Shown: positions 1-8,162 of the stretch, piece after piece
How the letters are laid out: the number at the start of each line of letters is the position of its first letter
Position numbering within the stretch: the first letter of the stretch is position 1
Source: Methanotrichaceae archaeon
GTDB lineage: Archaea; Halobacteriota; Methanosarcinia; Methanotrichales; Methanotrichaceae
Reading direction: 5' to 3'
Length of the DNA stretch: 22,155 bases
Assembly (NCBI GenBank): GCA_963803145.1
Contig: CAWDLW010000007.1
Span: 1-22,155, forward strand
The notes under the pieces: generated by a model
Database searches by the model: none
The model's input: only the letters and a program-made list of their open reading frames with translations
What the model was told of the DNA's origin: nothing
Translations under genes and position numbers: made by a program

Positions 1-144
1 TCTGTAATTAGACCTAAATATAATTGGGATATACTAATTGAGGTATACAGATCAAGCTCTGTCCAATTTTAAAGTATTAACTCCATAATTTTTAAATAGT
101 ATGCATACGATTACTATACTCAAGAACTGCAATAGGAGGCTTAT

Positions 145-297
145 ATGAAGCGTTTGAAAATATTCATAGCAGTTGTTATATTGGCTGCGGCGATTCTTGG
201 ATTGATCAAGCATGAGAAGAAAGTACAGACTCCCCAAGAAAAGATGTCAGACTTGGCCGCAAGGATAGTTAGTATATTTAGTATGCTCAACAGATAG
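145..297 (+). CDS. Small (50 aa) membrane-anchored or secreted protein, not in the ORF track
   Basis: GGAGG at 135-139, ATG at 145, TAG at 295-297; translates MKRLKIFIAVVILAAAILGLIKHEKKVQTPQEKMSDLAARIVSIFSMLNR (basic N-terminus plus hydrophobic helix). Confidence 0.6.
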   Translation: MKRLKIFIAVVILAAAILGLIKHEKKVQTPQEKMSDLAARIVSIFSMLNR

Positions 298-646
298 CGG
301 TGCACGCTAGCTATAATAGAAACTGATTGTTATCTGTTATACTCTTTTTAGACATCTTGAATGCATAAAGCAAATGGCCTTTGATTATCTCCTCAATATA
401 TGATTCTTTTGGAAATTATGGGCCTATTCATGTGCACTATAAATTAGCCTGAAGTTTTAATCCTAATCCGAATTGATGATCAATCCTTATTTCTGTATTT
501 GCAACCAGCGCTAATAGAGCTCAATTGGTGCGTATTTGGATAAGTTCTAAATACACTATATGCAGGATGTTGTAGAAAATGTAAATAATTGGCAAATCTA
601 TATAAACACAGATTCTTTATACATTATATGATAAGTCCTGAAAAGT

Positions 647-907
647 GTGATGAAAATGGGGGAACGGTATAGGGTATATTACATAACTAAAGGAGTGAAT
701 AGGGGGTCTTGCAAGCATCAGCATAGAACAATCTATGATGCCTATCACTGTTTGAGGCATGATATTAACGCAGCTAGTAAGAGCGGGGGCTGTTCAGATA
801 GACTTATTTGTGCAGTTGAGGATGGACATGATAGAGAATTAAACGAACAAGAAATAAATCAATTAGATCATCTCAGACGACTTATGCTGAAGGAAACCTT
901 AAGATAG
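647..907 (+). CDS. Hypothetical protein with Cys/His motif (true start may be ATG 650 or 656)
   Basis: 86-aa ORF with RGSCKHQHRT…HCL…GGCSDR…C; TATA-like tracts at about 595-630. Confidence 0.65.
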   Translation: MMKMGERYRVYYITKGVNRGSCKHQHRTIYDAYHCLRHDINAASKSGGCSDRLICAVEDGHDRELNEQEINQLDHLRRLMLKETLR

Positions 908-965
908 CTATACATTAAGCAGATCCTTTTTGATAATCCTCTAGTGGCTGGTGATGTTAATCCAA

Positions 966-1067
966 TCATCCTTCCCAGGTAGAAACTTGCAATGTTCTTT
1001 TAAACTTATGTTTTATTTCTAAAAGTAATACTCCACAGATTGCTGCGGATAGGATAAAGAGCACCAT
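966..1067 (-). CDS. Possible 33-aa single-TM microprotein (short form of ORF 966..1178)
   Basis: MVLFILSAAICGVLLLEIKHKFKRTLQVSTWEG: hydrophobic helix followed by a basic tail. Confidence 0.3.
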   Translation of the reverse strand: MVLFILSAAICGVLLLEIKHKFKRTLQVSTWEG

Positions 1068-1178
1068 AATCTCTAGTAAACCTTTCCAACCGTAAGGTTT
1101 ATAACCCCAAATACATAATGTTTTATTGTTATATTTTTTGTTAGAGGTGATTGTTAGGGGATCTAGGGGAGATGACAA

Positions 1179-1571
1179 TTGATACGAATCGGGATAGAAT
1201 CTGATGTAGTTGAGCTGTATAACCAGCTCTCAATGCATCCTGAGAGGTACTTTTTTATTCTTGTAACCGAGGGTCATGCAGCTCTTTGTGTTCAAACATG
1301 TGACAATTGCGGAAATGACATAAGGGTTCACGAGATAGATGGCTTAACGCCTGATTCTGAGGGCAGCTTAGTCTCTGCATTTCAGGACGATCTACAAGAT
1401 GCCGTAATAAAACGAGAGCTCTATATGAAATATCTCGAAGGGGAACGATATCCAGTATCACAAGCCATTAGGAAGCGAATTATAGAACTACCTGGCTTTA
1501 TAGATTGGATAATAACTTCCGCTTCAGTTAAAGGACGGTGCTTTATGCTTTATCTATCATGGAGCATATAG
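1179..1571 (+). CDS. Hypothetical protein with a CxxC motif
   Basis: 130-aa ORF, TTG start, G-rich RBS-like tract upstream, CDNCG motif, globular-looking composition. Confidence 0.5.
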   Translation: MIRIGIESDVVELYNQLSMHPERYFFILVTEGHAALCVQTCDNCGNDIRVHEIDGLTPDSEGSLVSAFQDDLQDAVIKRELYMKYLEGERYPVSQAIRKRIIELPGFIDWIITSASVKGRCFMLYLSWSI

Positions 1572-1937
1572 TGCTTCCAAGCAGAGATACAATCAAAATA
1601 AGAATCATAATCTCTTCCGTCTATACCTCGGGCTAACCTAGAATGCCATCGAGGTTATATTGATAGGCCCTTTCAGGGCATCAGTAACCAATAAGTTTCT
1701 TCTGATTAGAAAATATTATTGCTGCGGCTCGAAATCACTCAAAGCTTGTAAAATCATCGGTTGAGCCAGTTATGCTTTCTAAACCTTAGCAATGAGGATG
1801 CCCTCCACAGCCGGATGATAATGGTTACGGCTAAGGAGGGCTGATTTAAGCGATTATATTTGAACAATCGTATTGCTATTCTATATCTTTACTATCGAGG
1901 TGGTTTTGCCTTTATCTCATCTCCGAGTTTTGCTTTC

Positions 1938-2165
1938 TTAAGCAGAGCCTTTTCTGGATTTGCTTCCCTCTTTCTCTCGCTCCTTACCTTCCTCTATGAG
2001 CTCCCTGACTCTGGGACCACCTACCTCTCCGCCTTTATGGCCGATCTCCTGGTAGAACTCATGCCCGTGGGTTTCAGCAGTCTTCTCTCCGCCCTTATGT
2101 CCTGCCTCCGCAACGGTCATCTCGCCTTTTCCTTCCTTGCTCCTCTCTCTTCTTTCTTCAGCCAT
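1938..2165 (-). CDS. Em/GsiB-like (KGG-motif) general stress hydrophilin
   Basis: MTVAEAGHKGGEKTAETHGHEFYQEIGHKGG is the classic Em/GsiB signature; highly charged; GGAG RBS upstream. Confidence 0.9.
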   Translation of the reverse strand: MAEERRERSKEGKGEMTVAEAGHKGGEKTAETHGHEFYQEIGHKGGEVGGPRVRELIEEGKEREKEGSKSRKGSA

Positions 2166-2517
2166 TTTTTACAACTCCATTTAATTTTTTATTTCTTCTC
2201 CTTATCTGTAGTAGCAAAATCGCAGATAGGATTAAGCCTAACATTAGGTCTAACCTAATATGTACCAATATTTTGTGGTGGAGTGTTATATTATAAGGTT
2301 TAATTGTATTTAAAAATTTCTGCTATACGTGGACCATGTACGCTTGGAAAACAACCGTTGCAACGATATCAATACTATTACTGAATTCCTACTGATAGCT
2401 TCACCTCTATATTGATTATTACTCCAAGTAATATTTTTCGATACAAACTTATGCTGCTGTCTAGGATGGCAATATATAGCTGTATGATCAGCATTTTGAT
2501 CTGAGAAACTGCTGGAA

Positions 2518-2925
2518 CTACATCTTAATCTTAAGATTGTTTTTAGTCGGTGTTATCCTGACTACAGGTATGCCTCTGGTCCTCTCTAGTATAAGCTCAT
2601 CTGATACTGCGAATGGATTAAATCCGTAAACAAAGCCACCAAGGCCGCTGCTTTTCAGGATTTGTCTCATCGCATTTGCAGCCTCGATTGGGTCAGCCAC
2701 AACCTCAGCATATCCTATCAGCTGCCCACTGGGCAGAATCGCTTCTACCTTCGGGTTTGTCTGTATATTCAGGTACCACTGGCCTTTCAAGCGTCGTCCC
2801 TGGTAGCAATAGATCTTGCCATCAATTATAGTATAGCTTAATGGAACATTCTAGGCTTTAAAAAACCCGGGGCCTGTGTTTTAAGACTTGTGTTCTTTGA
2901 GTCCTCGTCCTCAGGCCCATCATAC
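2518..2925 (-). pseudogene. Decayed F420 (deazaflavin)-dependent nitroreductase-family (Ddn-like) gene
   Basis: The frame continues upstream of TTG 2790 as NVPLSYTIIDGKIYCYQGRRLKGQWYLNIQTNPKVE (family motif WY.N…NP.V) until a TAG; a VLKHR remnant lies further upstream; no intact N-terminus. Confidence 0.65.
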
Positions 2926-2956
2926 TTTAATCTTCGTTCAGTAAGCTCTGGTCACT

Positions 2957-3418
2957 TTATAACTGAGGCCACTTAGGCAGATATATTGGAGAGTACCAGT
3001 AGCATCCATGCCATGCATCTACGCCAAAATGCTGGCTTTGATTGCATGGATAGCAGCTGGGTTGGACATACCTGGAAGGAATGTAGGAGCTATATGGATA
3101 GCAGAGAGGTTTATTAAAATTACACCACATATCACAGCAGCAATTCGGCTTGACACGGGGAGGAACTTTTGAGGTGATATTTATATCTCCCGCGGTGCTC
3201 CCAACAACCTCTACGTCAGCAGATATCGGGCCGTTGGAGTTGATACGGGCATTTCCCATTCTGCTGCCAACGACGTCTATATTCACTGAGCCTGCGCTAC
3301 CCGAGATAGTAGCGTCTCCCATTTTGCTCCCAATAACATCTATGCTTGTTGATCCACTACTTGCATAAGCGGTTGATGCCAGCAGCATCAGAACCAAGAT
3401 CATTGCCATCCTCAACAT
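2957..3418 (-). CDS. Secreted protein with three beta-repeats and a Cys/Tyr/Pro/Trp-rich tail
   Basis: Signal peptide (…LLASTAYA); repeats IDVIGSKMGD / IDVVGSRMGN / VEVVGSTAGD; tail NCCCDMWC…YWYSPIYLPKWPQL. Confidence 0.75.
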   Translation of the reverse strand: MLRMAMILVLMLLASTAYASSGSTSIDVIGSKMGDATISGSAGSVNIDVVGSRMGNARINSNGPISADVEVVGSTAGDINITSKVPPRVKPNCCCDMWCNFNKPLCYPYSSYIPSRYVQPSCYPCNQSQHFGVDAWHGCYWYSPIYLPKWPQL

Positions 3419-3850
3419 CTTACCCCCTAGAGTCTATAATTAAGATAGTCTTTTTATATACAGGATGTAGAAAAATGTTTCGCCACATTACCGATAAATG
3501 GATAATATCCAAATTTGTATACTTCAAATGAATATTTATCTTACGACTTAAGATCAGATGTTAAGCAGAAATAGCAACTATACATAAGATATTTCCTTGG
3601 TTTCGTCTGATTCGGCTTTATCTATGATGAATGTTTTATACTCCATAAAACTCCCCATTAATGGTAGTAATCCATGCTGTAAAAATTTTATCCCTCTAAA
3701 AAACAATTCGAACCAATGAACCACTTTAGTCATCTGAAGATTGCTAAAATGAAGTCCCGTGGCGAATCATACCGCTCCGGAGACGGCTATCATTTCACGG
3801 CCTGTCTACATATCGCCATGGGAACATTCGCTGCAGTTCCTTGGTGATCT

Positions 3851-4294
3851 TCAGCGCTTTATCGACTTCACAGCAAAATAACCAGCGTTTACCTCATCTT
3901 TATGTGCTGCGAAGGCTGCTAAGACCTCTCCCTTTTCCTTTTCAGGAACACCGTAGTAGTCGAGGGCACTCGCAAGCTCTCCTGCGACCTCATCGAACTC
4001 TTCTGGCGAGATATGTAAATCCCAATGGGCTTTCTCCAGGCCGAATTGGGTTTTTCCAGGCTTAGTGCCTGTGTATTGAAAAGGTCCGCCTGCCACCGCA
4101 CAGACCCATAGAGTCCTCATGAACTTGAGGCCTGGCAATCTATCCAACTTCTTGGTATGCCAATCTCTAAGGTCGGGGTTTTGTGAAGTTTGTCCGACCT
4201 TAGGATTTTTTACAACCTCATCGCTGAAACGGTTCACTACAGCAGCGATGGGGAAAACGCCGCCTAGACGTTCGTACAACGATTTGTCTTCCAT
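3851..4294 (-). CDS. Group 1 truncated (2/2) hemoglobin, GlbN-like
   Basis: SLYERLGG start, GGP.QYTG, proximal His in LEKAHWDL, I.PEEFD.V…L..ALD..GVP..E..EV. Confidence 0.92.
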   Translation of the reverse strand: MEDKSLYERLGGVFPIAAVVNRFSDEVVKNPKVGQTSQNPDLRDWHTKKLDRLPGLKFMRTLWVCAVAGGPFQYTGTKPGKTQFGLEKAHWDLHISPEEFDEVAGELASALDYYGVPEKEKGEVLAAFAAHKDEVNAGYFAVKSIKR

Positions 4295-4601
4295 ACTTTT
4301 TTATTCTACTTCTATGCTCTTATAGCTATCTATATGGACATAAGCGAATCTTAATGCCAAAGGATCTGAGGCATTTTATAGAAGTGGATTATCATCATAG
4401 AAGACAAATGAGATCTCCAAGAAATAACTCATAAACCTACTTAAAAATCTTCGGGGGTATGATCGCAAAGTTATAGGTGTTAAATATAAGCCATCTATTA
4501 TAAACCTCAATAATAAACCTCAACACTTTATCATCAACACCAGGTTTATTAACAGTTGGAAGTAATACTACATGTCGATCTTCATTGAGGTGTAAAAGAC
4601 A

Positions 4602-4895
4602 ATGGCAAAATTACCCTCGAGGCCACAAAAGAGCCCTCTAGTAGAATTAAATGACAAGAACGCTAATAGATGCCTATGCCCTGGCTGTCCAACTTATCTA
4701 TCTAGCCCTTGCCCGAATGAAAAAGGAGAAAAGATCTACTGCTCTATTGGAATGACTGAATGTAAAGTTGAAAAAAAGGATTGTCTATGCTTCCAGGGAT
4801 GTCAGATATTCAAGGATTATGGCCTGAAAGTAGGATATTTTTGCATAAATGGTGAAGCTGCACAGAATGGCAGTCCTGTTCAGACTAAGAGGTAA
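4602..4895 (+). CDS. Cys-rich DUF2769-like putative metal-binding protein
   Basis: CLCPGCPTY…C…YCSIG…C…CLC…C.IF..Y.L..GYFC..G pattern typical of methanogen DUF2769; GAGGTG RBS. Confidence 0.8.
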   Translation: MAKLPSRPQKSPLVELNDKNANRCLCPGCPTYLSSPCPNEKGEKIYCSIGMTECKVEKKDCLCFQGCQIFKDYGLKVGYFCINGEAAQNGSPVQTKR

Positions 4896-5488
4896 ATTAA
4901 ATCGGCAAACAGAAAGAACGTAGGAAGCATAGAGGTCGCAGAAAGTATGAATGATATCCCTATCAGTATGAATACTGTGCCTGCTACCTTAGTGATCACT
5001 CTTCTGTCGATCCTGTCAGATATAAACCTGCCCAAATAGATGGCGAGGATTGAAACAGCGGTGAGCGCAGCCATGACCCCGATGAGAACCATCCAGGGGT
5101 TATACTCCGTTGCAAAAAGAGCAGAAGCGATCTGGGTTTTATCTCCCCATTCAGACAGAAAGATCATCGAGAATCCCGAAACAAAGGCATTCCTTGGAGA
5201 CAGGTCTGTCTCGCCATCATCCTTATTGCCCCTTAGTATCAAAATGCCAAATATTATGAATACAGTGCCTGAGATTAGCTTTATCGTATGGACAGGTATG
5301 ATGCTCGTTATCCATGCGCCCACAAGTATGGCGAATCCATCGACCAGCAGAAAAGCGAGCATGACGCCCAGAAGAAGCTGAAGATATTGTTTGGTCCTGG
5401 ATGATAAAAGCAGCACAGAAAGCTGAGTTTTATCGCCCATCTCAGCCAGACCGACTGCAACCATAGGGATCAGTATATCTTGCAGCAT
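4880..5488 (-). CDS. TMEM165/GDT1 (UPF0016) family Ca2+/Mn2+ transporter
   Basis: Two signature motifs, AEMGDKTQL and SEWGDKTQI; likely start at MLQD (5488), although the track extends it to 5530. Confidence 0.93.
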   Translation of the reverse strand: MLQDILIPMVAVGLAEMGDKTQLSVLLLSSRTKQYLQLLLGVMLAFLLVDGFAILVGAWITSIIPVHTIKLISGTVFIIFGILILRGNKDDGETDLSPRNAFVSGFSMIFLSEWGDKTQIASALFATEYNPWMVLIGVMAALTAVSILAIYLGRFISDRIDRRVITKVAGTVFILIGISFILSATSMLPTFFLFADLIYLLV

Positions 5489-5716
5489 CTCGATGATGTT
5501 CGCACCTCTGCTCGCGGGGGAATAAGGCATTTCAGATAATGATATTAATAATTGTCGTAGCTTCTTTAAACTAGGTTCTAAAAGCAGATATCCTTCAAGG
5601 CTAAGAATGGTGTGAAAATCCGATAATCATATCTCAAAAAGCCAAATATATTTTAACGATAAAGATTATAATCGAATGAAATATATAATCATTTTAGGAA
5701 TAATCTCAGAAATAAA

Positions 5717-5740
5717 GAGGGGAGTATAGTTGTACCCCTC
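5717..5740 (-). terminator. Hairpin and U-rich tract after the PQQ-propeller gene
   Basis: GAGGGG (5717-5722) pairs with CCCCTC (5735-5740), followed on the minus strand by TTTATTTC. Confidence 0.4.
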
Positions 5741-5761
5741 AATTTCGACTTTTGCTACTTC

Positions 5762-7843
5762 TCACTGCACTATGAACTTACCTACCATATTGGCCGGATG
5801 GACATCGCATCTGAAGAAGTAAGTCCCTGGCTTAGATGGAGCAGTAAATGTATAGGTAGTAGTCTTGGGACCGGTTATAATGGCTCCAATGTAGATAGGC
5901 GTCTTGGCAGAGGAGTCCGTGTAGAATGCTACATTATGAGCAATGCCCGAGTCCATGTTATCGAAGTTCACTGTAACCATTGCACCTGCAGGAACGGTTA
6001 TTGTGCTGGTGTTGAAGGCTATATTCTTGGCTGATATTCCGACAGCGATAGCCTTAGCACCAGTTGTGATACTGGTTGCATTTGCAGTGCTCATTGCCAT
6101 CGATGCAGGCATTTGTTCTGCCATTCCAGATGGGGGGGTCGCTACCATTGGGCGAGCGGTCTGATTCATCACCGGATGTATAATCTGATTCGCCATTCCG
6201 CTTTGCAGCTGGCTATCGGTCAGACCTGTTGTAGTGCCCGAAGGAAGCCCGAAGGCAATTATGTAACCTCCTGCATTGTTATTCTGTCCGCCGCCGGTTG
6301 GTACAAGCAGCATGCCGTTTCCAATTGAAGGCCCGCCAATTCCCACCATTGAACCTACATTGAACTGCCAGAGGGTTTTTCCGGTTTCTGCATCAAGGGC
6401 CATCAGGATTCCTGAGGAGATCAGCGGTGAATTGACTATACCTCCAAATTGAGTCTCATATTGATAGGGTACTCCAGTAGCTGTGACATGGGCAGCGAAG
6501 ACCAGCTCATCAGTCACCAGAGGCGAACACCAGGTCGGGAACTCCAAATCATGCTTCCACTTAATATTACCGGTCTTGATATCGAGGGCAACGATAGAAC
6601 CGTTTCCTATGCCATTTGTCATTGTAGCAAAGTCCGGTATCACGGTCTTATCAGGACCGGGGAAGAAGATCATTCCTTGATTGCTCACAGCAGCATATAT
6701 TGTATCGTAGTCTGCAGCAGTGAAATCTTCTACGCCATCGCCTGCACCAGGCCATGTTGGAGATCCGTTTTTAGTAGGAATTGTATTTTCATTGTGCAGC
6801 ACAGCTACATTTCTCCACCACAGCACCTTTCCTGTATCTGCATCTAGGGCAGCTATATCGCCTCTCTTATCATGACCTATGACAACCTTTTGCAATCCCT
6901 TGCCCATATCCGCAGCAACAAGCATGGTTCCCCAAGCAGTATCCCAATCATGCGTATCCGGGGTTGTAACATTGAAGACAGTGCCTTTAGCTATGAAGGG
7001 TGTGGCCCATAGGATCTTTCCAGAAGTTATGTCAAGGGCGATGACGTTGCTTGAGTAGTTGTTATATCCTGGTCTTGTTGTAGCATCGAAGTCGGGTGCT
7101 GCATTTCCAACTGGCAGGTAGACGATTCCTTTTTCCATATCAACTGCTCCGCCAGTCCAAACATCTGCTCCGCCATTCGAGCTATTATTATTCACTCCCT
7201 CAACCCAATCGCCGACAGCGAGATTGGTTTGCCAGAGTTTCTTGCCTGTCGCTTTATCTAGACCTGTCACGGTGCCTCTCTCAGGGAAGCCATAGGGTGG
7301 CAAATCTCCGAGAGCTGACCCTGCAACAACTATATTCTTCCATATGAGTGGAGGCGCAGATGTCCTGAATGCTCCACCAATAGGCCGGATAGGCCCAGAA
7401 TCCCAGATCAACTTGCCGTTAGTTGCATCCAATGCCATATAGCCTCCGCCAGCGCCTGTGGGTGCATATATGATGCCGTTCTCATAAGCTAGGCCATGAG
7501 ATGATGTTGCTCTTGGGAGTTTGGCAATTGTTGGTACTACTGGATCATACGTCCATTTAGTCAGCCCTGTGTTTAAGTCAAAGGCTATGACCTCCATAAT
7601 AGAGTTGGTCTGAACATAGCCGGTATTTCCGACGATCAGCGGAGGATTTTCAATTGTGAAGTTGGTATTGAGAATCCACTTGATCTGTAGCTGATTTACA
7701 TTATCTCTGTTTATCGTGGTCTGAGGACTGTACCTAGACATATTGCTATCATAGTTAAACATCGGCCAATCTTGGGCCGAGGCTACTACTATGCCCACCA
7801 GCAATATGGCGGCAAACAGCATTAACTTTCTCAACCTTTTCAC
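5762..7843 (-). CDS. Secreted PQQ-dehydrogenase-like beta-propeller fused to a C-terminal type 1 cupredoxin
   Basis: Signal peptide; DWPMFN…RYSP…IN..NV..L..KW N-terminus; repeated A.D..TGK..W motifs; GG.VW; THDWD; C-terminal AHNV…YFFRCDVHPANMVG (His/Cys/His/Met copper ligands). Confidence 0.9.
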   Translation of the reverse strand: MKRLRKLMLFAAILLVGIVVASAQDWPMFNYDSNMSRYSPQTTINRDNVNQLQIKWILNTNFTIENPPLIVGNTGYVQTNSIMEVIAFDLNTGLTKWTYDPVVPTIAKLPRATSSHGLAYENGIIYAPTGAGGGYMALDATNGKLIWDSGPIRPIGGAFRTSAPPLIWKNIVVAGSALGDLPPYGFPERGTVTGLDKATGKKLWQTNLAVGDWVEGVNNNSSNGGADVWTGGAVDMEKGIVYLPVGNAAPDFDATTRPGYNNYSSNVIALDITSGKILWATPFIAKGTVFNVTTPDTHDWDTAWGTMLVAADMGKGLQKVVIGHDKRGDIAALDADTGKVLWWRNVAVLHNENTIPTKNGSPTWPGAGDGVEDFTAADYDTIYAAVSNQGMIFFPGPDKTVIPDFATMTNGIGNGSIVALDIKTGNIKWKHDLEFPTWCSPLVTDELVFAAHVTATGVPYQYETQFGGIVNSPLISSGILMALDAETGKTLWQFNVGSMVGIGGPSIGNGMLLVPTGGGQNNNAGGYIIAFGLPSGTTTGLTDSQLQSGMANQIIHPVMNQTARPMVATPPSGMAEQMPASMAMSTANATSITTGAKAIAVGISAKNIAFNTSTITVPAGAMVTVNFDNMDSGIAHNVAFYTDSSAKTPIYIGAIITGPKTTTYTFTAPSKPGTYFFRCDVHPANMVGKFIVQ

Positions 7844-8162
7844 CTCTAATTATTCAACCATTCATAAAGCTTGGACGAAAGTGCCATTTAATCTATAATA
7901 ACTTTAGATTCGATGGCATCATGCAGAAAGCTTTTCGTTTTTATCTTGGATAAATTAACCTCGTCCATTAATTATCATTAAGTATGTATGAGATTAAAAA
8001 TCTTTTGTGACTCTTTCCATTCTTTATTTCCAAGTAAACATGGCGCCTACATAACTTTGTGATAATCTCTCGATGCCTCAATTTATGCTATATTACAAGA
8101 AAGTTTGCAGCGTTCTTTATTGGATGGACTAGAAAAAATGAGGATGAGCCCTTAATTAGCCT

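Noticed and set aside
52-237. Track ORF, 61 aa, minus strand
   Set aside because: Antisense to the better-supported 145..297 ORF, which has an RBS and a signal anchor
1860-2258. Hydrophobic-looking 132-aa plus-strand ORF
   Set aside because: Antisense shadow of the purine-rich Em/GsiB gene
3755-3823. 11-bp stem TCCCGTGGCGA/TCGCCATGGGA with an internal CTCCGGAG palindrome
   Set aside because: No promoter, ribozyme or riboswitch consensus recognised; may only be 3' structure or a remnant after the hemoglobin gene
4880-4895. 16-nt convergent overlap of the DUF2769-like and GDT1 genes
   Set aside because: Short tail-to-tail overlaps are common and likely reflect stop-codon drift
3150-7347. Many short ORFs overlapping real genes (for example 3150, 3841, 4119, 5040, 5798-7347)
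   Set aside because: Antisense or off-frame shadows with no motifs
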